Below are positions 30,371 through 40,389 of a stretch of 64,000 nucleotides of DNA, piece by piece; position 1 is the stretch's first letter; each line of letters opens with the position of its first letter. The position numbers and the translations under genes were made by a program. The stretch is from an uncultured cyanobacterium (GTDB lineage Bacteria > Cyanobacteriota > Cyanobacteriia > Cyanobacteriales > CAWCAG01), in the NCBI GenBank assembly GCA_963803805.1, contig CAWDOD010000002.1, forward strand, positions 992,001 to 1,056,000, written 5' to 3'. The notes below the pieces were generated by a model. That model was not told the DNA's origin, made no database searches, and worked only from the letters and a program-made list of their open reading frames with translations.

Positions 30371-32653
30371 ATGGGTCGGTTTAGGCTTTTAGTTATTGCT
30401 TTAACTAGCTTGTTGTTAGTTATTTGTAGTTCTTTTTTTAAGAGAGTTATTGCTGTTTCTCTTTGTGGAGTTTTGGGGATAAATTCTCCTGCTTGCTATT
30501 TTTTAGGACAAGGTAGAGTAGTTGCATCGGTTCCTCCTGGTGGTGAGAAAGAAACTATCTTTGCTCAGGATATTGATATTTTCAGAAATGATGATAGTAA
30601 TAGTTCTGGTAACAGTGATATTGATATTTTTCGTAATGATGGAGGTGATAATACTCCTTCAAATTCTGATATAAATATTTTTAGTAATCCTAACCCTTCT
30701 CAGCAAGATACTACTATCAATAATTCTCAAGTATCTACAGCAAACGCCATAGTCTTTGGATTACCTTCTATAGAAAAGTTATCTTCTGATTCATTTGCGC
30801 TTACGGTACCTAGTAATAAAGGATGTAAGTTTAAGTCTACGGTAAAAAGTAATGAAGATAGTATTTATCAAGAATCTATAAGTTTTTTTCCATCCAACAC
30901 TGAAGAATGCGGGTCTAAACCTTTTATAGCTCAAATTGTTCGAGGAGGTAAAGTAATTGAAATCCAACAAGAAGATCAACCAGGATTATTTGTTATAGAA
31001 CAGATAAGTAATGAATCTATCAAAATAACCCATCAGTTAATAAATAATTCTACTAATTTAGTATTGACTAGAGTGACTAGTGATCAGGTAAAAGCTGTTT
31101 ACCAAAATGCTCAAGGCAAAACAGAGCTTGGCACTTTTCCAATTCCTAATGAAAGAATTTCTGAACTAGAGCAAAATAAATCTCTTTTTTATAAAAACAC
31201 TAAACCTCAAGGCAAAAGCTTAAAAATCAACCAAGAAAAAATTGACAAACTATGCAATTTTGGCAAAGGTGTTTGTAATCAGTTGTCTGCTCTCAGTAAA
31301 TCAGTACTAATTTACACAGCAGGTTGGGCAGCAGCAGGAAATTTGGTTCCTGCTATAGGTGCAGCTCTATCAAATCCAGCGACTGCGGCTGCGCTTACTA
31401 CCCTTACTGGAGCAATGGCAGCAGGAGGAGCAGCAGCTACGTTAGCAAATTTTGGTTGCTGGTTTATGTTTGGAGGTGGATTACCTGATATACCTCTACT
31501 TCCAAAAGGGCCACAGCAATTAAATGAAGTAGCTTATACATTGTCTAGTGATTTAGCAAGTGAGACAGGCGTAGATAAACCCATAAATGAAGGTTTGGCC
31601 AAAATACGTGAAAAACTTAATCTTGACTTGTGTGACAAAGATGATGAACCCGAAATTGCTGAAACTCCTCGCTCTGGCGATCTAACCACAGGTACAAGCT
31701 ACGGCGATCCCCACCTCATCACCTTTGATGGCTTCCGCTATAGCTTCCAAACCGTAGGAGAATACATCCTCGCCAAATCCCTTAGTGGTGACTTTGAACT
31801 GCAAACTCGTCAGGCCCCTGTACCTGGAAGACAACTTTCCCTCAACGCTGGTGCAGCAATGAAAGTAGGAAGCGATCGCATCGCCTTCTACGCCAAATTC
31901 TTCCCCGACTCCGACACCTCAACTCCTTTACGTGTCAACGGTGTACCTACAACAATTCAAGGAGAATCCCTTTCCTTACCAGGAGGAGGCACAATCTATA
32001 AGCAGGGTAGCAGAAGTTATTTGGTGCAATGGGCGACAGGAGAACAGGTAGCCATCAAAGAAATTAACGTTGCTGGTTCTCAATATATGAATGTTACCCC
32101 CGCAGCCCTTAACTCGCCAGGCGGTCAATTTACGGGACTTTTGGGTAATTTGGATGGCGATCCTGGTAACGATTTGCGGACTCGTAGTGGTAGCGTCATC
32201 CCTTCTAAATCTACCTACGGAGACATCAAAAACTTGGTTAACCGTATTGTTCCCATTCCCGGTGCAATTGGTCAAATTGAAAACGTTGTTTTTGACCAAC
32301 TCTACAAAGACTTTGGTAATAGCTGGCGAGTCTCTCAAGAAGAGTCCCTGTTTGACTATGCACCAGGACAAACCACAGCCACATTCACCGACACAAGCTT
32401 CCCTAGTCAGTACCGTACTTTGAACGCCCTCTCACCGCAGCAGGTAGAGCAAGCGGAGGCAACGTGTTTAGAAGCAGGGGTAGAACCAGATTTACTAGAA
32501 GGTTGCATCTTTGATGTTGGTTTTACCGGGGAAGCCAGTTTTGCTCAAGCTGCGGCGAATGCCTTTAGTGTTATTGAGCAATTCGACAGGTTAATTCCTG
32601 GTGGTCTTCCTATTCCTAAACCACCTATTCGTATCCCTGGTTTGCCTTTCTAA
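30371..32653 (+). CDS. VWD (von Willebrand type D) domain protein
   Basis: GDPHLITFDG, GLLGNLDGDPGND, FGNSWRV, CIFDV. Hydrophobic N-terminus. Confidence 0.85.
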   Translation: MGRFRLLVIALTSLLLVICSSFFKRVIAVSLCGVLGINSPACYFLGQGRVVASVPPGGEKETIFAQDIDIFRNDDSNSSGNSDIDIFRNDGGDNTPSNSDINIFSNPNPSQQDTTINNSQVSTANAIVFGLPSIEKLSSDSFALTVPSNKGCKFKSTVKSNEDSIYQESISFFPSNTEECGSKPFIAQIVRGGKVIEIQQEDQPGLFVIEQISNESIKITHQLINNSTNLVLTRVTSDQVKAVYQNAQGKTELGTFPIPNERISELEQNKSLFYKNTKPQGKSLKINQEKIDKLCNFGKGVCNQLSALSKSVLIYTAGWAAAGNLVPAIGAALSNPATAAALTTLTGAMAAGGAAATLANFGCWFMFGGGLPDIPLLPKGPQQLNEVAYTLSSDLASETGVDKPINEGLAKIREKLNLDLCDKDDEPEIAETPRSGDLTTGTSYGDPHLITFDGFRYSFQTVGEYILAKSLSGDFELQTRQAPVPGRQLSLNAGAAMKVGSDRIAFYAKFFPDSDTSTPLRVNGVPTTIQGESLSLPGGGTIYKQGSRSYLVQWATGEQVAIKEINVAGSQYMNVTPAALNSPGGQFTGLLGNLDGDPGNDLRTRSGSVIPSKSTYGDIKNLVNRIVPIPGAIGQIENVVFDQLYKDFGNSWRVSQEESLFDYAPGQTTATFTDTSFPSQYRTLNALSPQQVEQAEATCLEAGVEPDLLEGCIFDVGFTGEASFAQAAANAFSVIEQFDRLIPGGLPIPKPPIRIPGLPF

Positions 32654-32673
32654 AAAAGTGTATCTACCGAAAT

Positions 32674-32704
32674 AGTAGTAGCAACTAATTGAGTTGCTAC
32701 TACT
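32674..32704. terminator. Perfect 13-bp hairpin after the VWD gene
   Basis: AGTAGTAGCAACT-aattg-AGTTGCTACTACT. No clear U-tract follows. Confidence 0.5.
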
Positions 32705-32748
32705 GACTCCGATTAATTATTATTTCAACTTGTTTCAAAACTAGAAAA

Positions 32749-33222
32749 ATGAACAATCATAATCTTGCTTTTTTAGGTCTAGGTATTGGCGCTGTAACAA
32801 TTGGTGGAATTGTATATGCCAATTTGAATGGTGAACTTAAAGATACTAAAGCTCAACTCGAAAGCGTAGAAAAGGAGAGAAATAGCCTTCTTAATCAAGT
32901 AGAGGAAAAAGATAATGACATTGACAATCTTGATGAAATAATTAAAGGAAATAGTAAAGATTTAGAGACACAGCTAGAAGAAGTTAGACGTTGGAAACAA
33001 CAAACTGAAATAGTAGGAACTTGCTTACAAGGAGTCGCTGAAGCAATGAGTTATGTATCAGAAGATGATGCAGGCAGTTTTCTAATCACTCTTGGGCGAG
33101 TTGAGGATGAATGTAACCAAGCTGAAGAGATTTTAGAAGAAATGGAAAAAGAGCAAAGTAGTACTTTTTCTGAAGGAGCATCTTCTATCAGCACAACAGA
33201 GCCGCCTGCACAATTTTTTTGA
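32749..33222 (+). CDS. Membrane-anchored coiled-coil hypothetical protein
   Basis: N-terminal TM segment followed by an acidic heptad-rich region. Confidence 0.7.
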   Translation: MNNHNLAFLGLGIGAVTIGGIVYANLNGELKDTKAQLESVEKERNSLLNQVEEKDNDIDNLDEIIKGNSKDLETQLEEVRRWKQQTEIVGTCLQGVAEAMSYVSEDDAGSFLITLGRVEDECNQAEEILEEMEKEQSSTFSEGASSISTTEPPAQFF

Positions 33223-33291
33223 GAGTAAACCAAGACAAAAGTTTTTCTGATTTAATCTTCAGCTTTTTACAAATACCAAGGAGTAATAAAT

Positions 33292-33774
33292 ATGGACTAC
33301 GACGACTACCAAAGTTCGCCCGAAATATACCAAGAATATCTCTTTGAAAAAGCTATAGAAGATTTGCCAGAGAGGGAAAAAAGAGCTATGAAGGGTGCAA
33401 AGCTAGGAAAAGATATAGGAGAAATAATAACAGATGGTAGTCTTTGGGGGAGTGTAGTAGGAGCCGTATTAGGGTGGGGTGCTGCTGAGATTGTCAACGA
33501 AGCAATGAGTGATAATGATGGTGCAGGTTATGAAGAAACTCAGTCTGAAAGCCAAACACCAGACTCGGCAAGAGTTTGTGACACTTGCTTATGTGATGAT
33601 GAAGAGCTTGTATCTGATTGGAAAATAACTAAAAAAGGGAACTGGAAATGTAAGGAATGTGAGGAAAAGAATGATTTTGCTGAATGCAGTAAATGTGATT
33701 CTATTCACTTTAGGATTACTAAGAAAGGGAATTACAGATGTATAGCTTGTGATAAAAAACTGAAAACTGATTAG
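33292..33774 (+). CDS. Hypothetical protein with a glycine-zipper segment and tandem Zn ribbons
   Basis: AGGAG RBS; GSLWGSVVGAVLGWGAA; four CxxC pairs. Confidence 0.7.
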   Translation: MDYDDYQSSPEIYQEYLFEKAIEDLPEREKRAMKGAKLGKDIGEIITDGSLWGSVVGAVLGWGAAEIVNEAMSDNDGAGYEETQSESQTPDSARVCDTCLCDDEELVSDWKITKKGNWKCKECEEKNDFAECSKCDSIHFRITKKGNYRCIACDKKLKTD

Positions 33775-33815
33775 AGTATGCCAGTTGTTTTACAAAAACT
33801 TATTTTGATTTAACT

Positions 33816-34508
33816 ATGTTGAAACTAAAACTAAGTGCAACTACGGTAGGCCTTGCCTGCGCCCTTGCTACAACCCTCTCTTCTGGGAATGCAATCGCTC
33901 AAAACGAATTCTGTCGCGGCAACGAAGTCCTAACAGCAAGCTATTGTGCTGGGGATGACTTAGAATCAGAAGAAGCTAAACTTTATGAACAAACAAGCAA
34001 TTCTCCCCAAGAAAACATTTTAATTGCTCAAAGTACTTATGATGCCGAACTCTTAGAACTAACTAATGCTCAGCGCACCCAGAATGGTATGCGAGCATTG
34101 CAATACTCTCCCCTTTTAGGACAAGCAGCCCAACTCCATGCCGAAGACATGGCCCGCAATGACTTCTTTGATCATACAGGTTCGGATGGTTCCAGCATTA
34201 GCCAACGGATCAGCCGTACTGGTTATAGTTTGATAGCCGTAGGAGAAAATATCTATTATCAAAATCCGCAAGGTAATCCTGTTGATGCAGTAGTCGGTTG
34301 GATGAATAGTCCTGGACATCGGCGTAACATTCTTGACTCTAGTTTCACTGAAGTAGGTTTTGGTTATGCAACCGACGGAAACAACCATTACTTTGTTCAA
34401 GTATTTGCTGCACCAGACAATAGACAAACACAACCCTCACAAAGCCAACAACCTCCTAGTAACCAACAGCTACCCCCTCGTTCTCATCCTATAGATTGGC
34501 TGTGGTAA
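33816..34508 (+). CDS. CAP/SCP-domain secreted protein
   Basis: TNAQR, AAQLHAEDM, FFDHTG, GENI, WMNSPGHRRNIL. Confidence 0.9.
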   Translation: MLKLKLSATTVGLACALATTLSSGNAIAQNEFCRGNEVLTASYCAGDDLESEEAKLYEQTSNSPQENILIAQSTYDAELLELTNAQRTQNGMRALQYSPLLGQAAQLHAEDMARNDFFDHTGSDGSSISQRISRTGYSLIAVGENIYYQNPQGNPVDAVVGWMNSPGHRRNILDSSFTEVGFGYATDGNNHYFVQVFAAPDNRQTQPSQSQQPPSNQQLPPRSHPIDWLW

Positions 34509-34561
34509 GTATTACTAAGAGAACTCCAATAAATAAAATATCCTCACCAACTATAAGATTG

Positions 34562-34593
34562 TAGCAACTAGCAACTAGCAACTAGCAACTAGC
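34562..34593. repeat. Heptamer tandem repeat (TAGCAAC)x4
   Basis: Directly visible. Confidence 0.85.
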
Positions 34594-34663
34594 TTATCGC
34601 TTTTGGATAAGTCTTTTCTTGGCTCTCTCTAATTACCAATCTTTAACTTTTTAATTTTTAATT

Positions 34664-35788
34664 TCAACTTAACCAACCCCTCAGCCTACGGGCAACTTGA
34701 GGACGACGTAACTTACGCATGGCTTTACTTTGAATTTGACGTACCCTTTCCCTAGAAAGGTTAAACATACAACCTACTTCCTCTAAGGTATGAGGCTGGC
34801 TGGTAGATAAACCGTAGCGTAGGGAAATAACATCTTTCTCCCTTTCGGTGAGAATATCGCTCAAGACATCAGAAATTTCTTGGCGCATCATTGTCTCGCT
34901 CATTTGCTCTTCTGGCAGAGCCATGTCATTATCTTCGAGCAAATCCACAAGTTCGGTATCTTCTCCTTTACCAACCCGGTGGTTAAGGGAGAGAGATTGG
35001 CGACGCAATTGCATTAACTGGCGTAGCTGCGGTGGAGAGACTTCTAATTCTGCGGCTAATTCGTCTTCTGTGGGGTTACGCTGTAACCTTTGCTTGAGAT
35101 TGCGTTGAGCTTTTTTAAGTTTGTTAAGTTTTTCGACAATATGAATGGGTAAACGTATTGTCCGAGCATCATTAGCAATGGTGCGGGTGATAGCTTGGCG
35201 AATCCACCAATAAGCATAGGTGGAAAATTTGTATCCTTTGTTAGCATCAAACTTTTCGGCCGCCCGATTTAAACCGATGGCTCCTTCTTGAATTAAATCA
35301 AGAAAAGGCACTCCCCGATTTAAGTAGCGTTTGGCAATGGAAACTACTAATCTGAGGTTGGAGCGAATCATTTTGCGTTTTGCTACCCGCCCTTGATATA
35401 ACTGATATTCCAACTGACGTAGAGTTAAGCCTAAAGCCTCAGCTATTTCTGCTTTGGTGGGATTTCTTTCTAATTTTTCTTCTAGCTTAAATCTTTCTTC
35501 TTCTACTGCAACAACAAACTTAACACAATTAGAAAGCTGAACCTCTTCTTCGGGTTTCAGCAAGGGGTAGCGAGACATTTCTTTGAAGAATGCTCCTACT
35601 GTATCGTCTGAATCTGTTTTGCTGTATCCTGAAAAACGCTTGCTTCCTTGCTCCGATTCTGGACTGGAAAATTCGATATCAACTGTTTTCAAGTCCAACT
35701 CCAGATTTTCACCGTCAGCTTCATAGGGATTATTTGTACTAACCTGAGATGGGGAATTTTTATTAGGGTCGAGTTCAGCAATACTCAT
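34664..35788 (-). CDS. sigE: Group 2 RNA polymerase sigma factor (SigE-like)
   Basis: NLRLVVSIAKRY, DLIQEG, KFSTYAYWWIRQ. The C-terminus RKLRRPQVARRLRGWL resembles Synechocystis SigE; the subtype is less certain than the family. Confidence 0.8.
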   Translation of the reverse strand: MSIAELDPNKNSPSQVSTNNPYEADGENLELDLKTVDIEFSSPESEQGSKRFSGYSKTDSDDTVGAFFKEMSRYPLLKPEEEVQLSNCVKFVVAVEEERFKLEEKLERNPTKAEIAEALGLTLRQLEYQLYQGRVAKRKMIRSNLRLVVSIAKRYLNRGVPFLDLIQEGAIGLNRAAEKFDANKGYKFSTYAYWWIRQAITRTIANDARTIRLPIHIVEKLNKLKKAQRNLKQRLQRNPTEDELAAELEVSPPQLRQLMQLRRQSLSLNHRVGKGEDTELVDLLEDNDMALPEEQMSETMMRQEISDVLSDILTEREKDVISLRYGLSTSQPHTLEEVGCMFNLSRERVRQIQSKAMRKLRRPQVARRLRGWLS

Positions 35789-36308
35789 AACGTTTGACTT
35801 TAATAAAGAATAGGGGAGATTAATGTTTTGCTAAAAAGATGCAGGTTTATTAGTACTTAAAATATCTGGCGATTTTACTCTATGGTACTCAGGCAAGAGG
35901 TGAAGATTTTGTTACGTTGACTACCAGAATACTTTAATGATAACTTACCCAAAAAAACGGATAAACCTAATTTTTAGACCAAAGAAGAAAATTGCTGTTT
36001 AGCTTGAGGGACTAACACAGTTAATTAGCAAGCTGGTTGAAAATTGATTTCCCCCAAACTTAAATTAACTACATAAATCAAGCTAGCTTTTTTGAAGCAA
36101 GAGATTAGAAATATTTTTTTATCTCATGTTGATTGAGTCGCCGAAATAAGAAAGTGGGCTTAAAAACAGGATCTCACAAATAATTGAATTTCCTCTCTAT
36201 CAAGAGTGAGAAAAGCTAGGATTTTTTCCATTTAACCTCTAGTAAGAAGTTCTAAGCTGGGTTAATCAAGTTAATATAAAACTTATATCTTGCTGCTTAA
36301 TTTCTCCT

Positions 36309-38789
36309 ATGTCCATTTCCGTAGCAGAGCCTGGAGCTTTTTACCAAGGGCGCGATCGCTTCAAATCACAAAAGTTTATTGAAGTATTAGTAGATTGTCC
36401 TGGGGTACAAGAGTTATATACCTACAAGCTAGCTGATGATTTGGTAGTTAAACCAGGGGATATTTTAAGTGTTCCTTTCGGGGCGCAAACCATAGGAGGC
36501 ATAGCCATTCGCTCCTTCGATTATCCTCCCCCAGATATTGCTCTCCAGCGTATTCGTGAAGTAGAGGAGGTAATTAGCTCAGGATTTTTCCCTCCTTTTT
36601 ATTGGGAACTACTCCACCGCGTTGCTCAATATTACTGTACTCCTATAATTGAGGTAATTCGCGCAGCTTTGCCCCCTGGTTTACTCCGGAGTTCTCAAAG
36701 GCGCATTCGCTTACAAAAAGCGGCACTTCCTCCAGGATGGGAAGATTTTTGTAGCAACGCAGCACAAAAGATTCTGCAACTTCTCCAGTCTCAAACTAAG
36801 GGAGATTACAGCGCTTTATATCTATATCGCCAGGTTAGGGGATCACGTCAAGGGCTTAGGGAGTTAATTAAACGAGGTTGGGTAGAAAGTTATCTTGAAC
36901 CCCCCAAACCTCCTCGCCCGAAAGAACAAAAAGCAGTTACCTTAATAGCCAATTCCCTCCCCACCAAATTAACTACTAAACAAAGAGAAGTTTGGGAAAT
37001 ACTGCGGCGTAGAGGAGGAGAACTTTGGTTGCAGGAATTACTACAAATTTGCCATACCAGTTCTTCTGTGGTTGAGAATTTAGAACGTAAAGGCTGCGTT
37101 GTTATTCAAGCTAGGGAAAGATTACGTACCTTGCAAGAATTAGCTCCGGAAAGGGACAAAGAGAAAAACTTAACCCCAGAACAGTTCCTCGCTTTAACAG
37201 CCATTTCCAGCTTAGAAAATTATACCCAAATACTCCTCCACGGAGTCACAGGTTCCGGGAAAACAGAAGTATATTTGCAGGCGATCGCACCATTATTCAA
37301 AGCAGGTAAATCTGTTTTAGTTTTAGTGCCAGAAATCGGTTTAACTCCCCAATTAACAGATCGTTTTCGCGCTCGTTTTGGTAACAAAGTTTGGGTTTAT
37401 CATAGTGGGCTTAATTCAGGGGAACGCTATGACACCTGGCGTAGTTTAATTAACCAAGAAGCCCACATTGTTATTGGCACTCGTTCAGCTATTTTCGCAC
37501 CCCTAAGTAATTTGGGTTTAATTATCCTTGATGAAGAACATGATTCTAGTTATAAACAAGATAATTTTACGCCAACTTACCATGCCCGTACTGTGGCGAA
37601 ATGGCGGGCAGAATTGGCAGATTGTCCCTTAATTTTGGGTTCTGCAACTCCTTCGGTTACAACTTGGGTAGAAGTACACTCCCAGGAAGAGGAGAAAAAT
37701 TTGTACCTTTCCCTACCCAAGAGAGTGCAATCTCGCCCCTTACCCCCAGTGGAAATTGTCGATTTGCGGCGAGAACTTCACCAAGGCAACCGTTCTATTT
37801 TTAGTCGTTCCCTACAAAATGCCCTAGAAAGGTTGCAACCACGAGGAGAACAGGGCATACTCTTTATTCCTCGTCGTGGCTATAGCACCTTCGTTTCCTG
37901 TCGTAGCTGTGGTTATGTCATCGAATGTCCCCATTGTGATGTCTCCCTTTCCTATCACCACACCCACCAACAAGCGACAGAATTACTACGTTGCCATTAC
38001 TGCAACCATACCAAAGTGCAACCGAGAAGTTGTCCTGAATGCAATTCTCCTTATTTCAAACATTTTGGTACTGGTACACAAAAAGTTGCTCAAGAATTAA
38101 GTAAAAGTTTCCCTGAATTGCGTTTCATCCGCTTTGACAGCGATACAACCCGTACCAAAGGCGCACATCGCATTCTCTTAAACCGTTTTGCTAAAGGAGA
38201 AGCAGATTTATTAATTGGAACACAAATGCTTACCAAGGGCTTGGATTTAGCCCAAGTTACCTTAGTAGGAGTGGTTGCCGCAGATGGATTATTACACCAA
38301 GAAGATTACTGTGCCACCGAAAGGGCTTTCCAGAGTTTAACCCAAGTGGCAGGGAGGGCAGGCAGAGGAAGCGAACCGGGTAAAGTGATTATCCAAACCT
38401 ACTCTCCTCATCATCCGGTAATAGAAGCGGTTAAAAACCATGATTACCATAGTTTTATCACAGATGCCTTAGCCCAGCGCCAAGATTGTAATTATCCTCC
38501 CTACGGGCGTTTAATACTCCTCAAACTAAAAGGTTTGTCAGCTTCAGAGGTGGCTCAAACTGCGAATTTAATTGCTAATTCCTGTAAAGAACTTTTGACT
38601 TCAAACTACGAAATTCTTGGCCCCGCCCCAGCCAGAATTATGCGAGTTGCCCGCCGTCATCACTGGCAAATTCTCCTTAAGTTTCCTCCTGAAACAGATA
38701 TTGCTGTTTCTAAGTTGAGTCAGTTGCGTAATTTGTGTCCAAAAGGAGTTAGTTTGACGATTAATGTTGATCCTTTAAGTATGGAGTGA
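36309..38789 (+). CDS. priA: Primosomal protein N'
   Basis: HGVTGSGKTEVY, DEEH, two Zn-finger CxxC clusters, QVAGRAGR. Confidence 0.97.
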   Translation: MSISVAEPGAFYQGRDRFKSQKFIEVLVDCPGVQELYTYKLADDLVVKPGDILSVPFGAQTIGGIAIRSFDYPPPDIALQRIREVEEVISSGFFPPFYWELLHRVAQYYCTPIIEVIRAALPPGLLRSSQRRIRLQKAALPPGWEDFCSNAAQKILQLLQSQTKGDYSALYLYRQVRGSRQGLRELIKRGWVESYLEPPKPPRPKEQKAVTLIANSLPTKLTTKQREVWEILRRRGGELWLQELLQICHTSSSVVENLERKGCVVIQARERLRTLQELAPERDKEKNLTPEQFLALTAISSLENYTQILLHGVTGSGKTEVYLQAIAPLFKAGKSVLVLVPEIGLTPQLTDRFRARFGNKVWVYHSGLNSGERYDTWRSLINQEAHIVIGTRSAIFAPLSNLGLIILDEEHDSSYKQDNFTPTYHARTVAKWRAELADCPLILGSATPSVTTWVEVHSQEEEKNLYLSLPKRVQSRPLPPVEIVDLRRELHQGNRSIFSRSLQNALERLQPRGEQGILFIPRRGYSTFVSCRSCGYVIECPHCDVSLSYHHTHQQATELLRCHYCNHTKVQPRSCPECNSPYFKHFGTGTQKVAQELSKSFPELRFIRFDSDTTRTKGAHRILLNRFAKGEADLLIGTQMLTKGLDLAQVTLVGVVAADGLLHQEDYCATERAFQSLTQVAGRAGRGSEPGKVIIQTYSPHHPVIEAVKNHDYHSFITDALAQRQDCNYPPYGRLILLKLKGLSASEVAQTANLIANSCKELLTSNYEILGPAPARIMRVARRHHWQILLKFPPETDIAVSKLSQLRNLCPKGVSLTINVDPLSME
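38759..38788 (+). repeat. 30-bp direct repeat, copy 1 (3' end of priA)
   Basis: GATTAATGTTGATCCTTTAAGTATGGAGTG is identical to 41435-41464. Confidence 0.92.
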
Positions 38790-38866
38790 TTGGTGATTGG
38801 TTATTTGCTAATGGCTAATAGCTAATGGCTACAATTCTGGACTTCAAGTAGTAAATGGATTAAATT

Positions 38867-39220
38867 ATGGACTATTTTCGAGAAGGCGTGAGAGCTTTTC
38901 AGGGTGGAGATTATCAAAAAGCCTTTCGGTTACTACAACCAATTGCAGAAACTGGCAATGCCGAAGCACAATGTGTCATCCCTAATATGTACGAGTTAGG
39001 AATGGGTAGAAATAGAGATATTGCTCAGGCAATTTATTGGTATAAAAAAGCTTCTGGAAATGGTTATGGAGTAGCTTCTAATAATTTAGGGGGAATTTTC
39101 TTGGCAGGTGACGAAGGAATTGAAGTAGATGCAGCAAAAGCCAAGCAATGGTACTCCCTCGCGAGGAAGCAAGGGTTTACTCACACACCAGCCTTAGACA
39201 AATTGTCTTCCCTTGTCTAA
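38867..39220 (+). CDS. Sel1-repeat protein
   Basis: AETGNAEAQ..., A..WYKKAS.NG...ASNNLG, AKQWY..A..QG. Confidence 0.85.
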   Translation: MDYFREGVRAFQGGDYQKAFRLLQPIAETGNAEAQCVIPNMYELGMGRNRDIAQAIYWYKKASGNGYGVASNNLGGIFLAGDEGIEVDAAKAKQWYSLARKQGFTHTPALDKLSSLV

Positions 39221-39389
39221 AAAATCTAACTACTAGCGACTAGCCGTTAGCAATTAGCTAATCGCTTTTAAATAAGCCTTTTCTCGGATCTTCGTTATTA
39301 GTTTTAATGGTAAAGTATTGGCAATCTCTCCAAGTTAAAATCCAAGTCAACATCTGTTCGATATTTTACTAACCATCTAAAGAGTAATC

Positions 39390-40370
39390 ATGGGAAGTTA
39401 TAAGCAGATCAAAAAGCCAACTTTTCAACCATTTCAAGTTTCACAGATTTCAAGTTTGCAAAGAAAGCATAACCTAGGACTGCCACAGCCAAAACCAAAA
39501 GGGCTAACCTTAGAAGAGATGGAAATTAGTAGGAAAAATGCCGAACGCCTGGGGGATTATATATTTGATTTTTCTTCAACCCCTCCTCCAGGAGTCCAAG
39601 CGAAGTTAAATGTAGGGGAAGTTGGGGATAAGTATGAACAAGAAGCGGATTCTGTCGCTGGTCAAGTAGTAGAAGAGATTAACTCTCCCCAAGGACAAGT
39701 TGAGCCAAATGTTATGCGCCAATGTGATGCTTGTGAGGGAGAAAAGGAGGAATCTTCAACTTCTTTGCAGCGTCAAGGAGAGATTGGGGAAGGTAAAGTT
39801 TCTGAGGGATTATTACATCACAATGAGAGGGTAGGACAAGACGGCTTTGTTTACCAAGGGGATTATGCACAAGGGTTGACCCCTATGGTGCAGCAACCTA
39901 GTAAGCAAGTACAACAAAAGCCAGCTAATAGCAAAAACTCCAAGCAAAGCGATGTAGCTCCTCACCCAGGAGGAGGGGGAGTTTTGATGATTTTCTACTT
40001 CTTCGGTGTCCTATTTAGCATTAGCCCTGCTGGCATGATTCTTGATCGTGTTTTGAGTAGTTCTCCTAAAGACAAGATTCCTAGAGTAAATGCTATATCT
40101 AGGTCTACTGCCTTCGAATGCAGTCCTAAACCACCTGATCCAAAAGCTATCAAAACCTTTAACGATCTAGTTAGTCTTCTAAGAGCAGGTAAATCAGACG
40201 CTATTCTTAACCTAATGCGTGGGCTTAGCCAAGTAGATGGGGGACAGGATGGTTTGCGAAAACTCCATGACATTTTAGGCTTTTTCACTACTTGTACGAC
40301 TATAGACGACAAACTACGAGCAGACGCAGATACTCTTTTAAATATGATAGGACCTTTTATAGGGCGTTAG
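39390..40370 (+). CDS. Putative secreted effector with DUF4157/eCIS-associated N-terminal motif, a TM segment and an unknown C-domain
   Basis: VQAKLNVGEVGDKYEQEADSVAGQVV motif; GQDGFVYQGDYAQGLTPMVQQ looks like an eroded DUF4157 core; TM segment VLMIFYFFGVLFSI. Confidence 0.6.
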   Translation: MGSYKQIKKPTFQPFQVSQISSLQRKHNLGLPQPKPKGLTLEEMEISRKNAERLGDYIFDFSSTPPPGVQAKLNVGEVGDKYEQEADSVAGQVVEEINSPQGQVEPNVMRQCDACEGEKEESSTSLQRQGEIGEGKVSEGLLHHNERVGQDGFVYQGDYAQGLTPMVQQPSKQVQQKPANSKNSKQSDVAPHPGGGGVLMIFYFFGVLFSISPAGMILDRVLSSSPKDKIPRVNAISRSTAFECSPKPPDPKAIKTFNDLVSLLRAGKSDAILNLMRGLSQVDGGQDGLRKLHDILGFFTTCTTIDDKLRADADTLLNMIGPFIGR

Positions 40371-40389
40371 AAACTATAAAGTATTGAAA

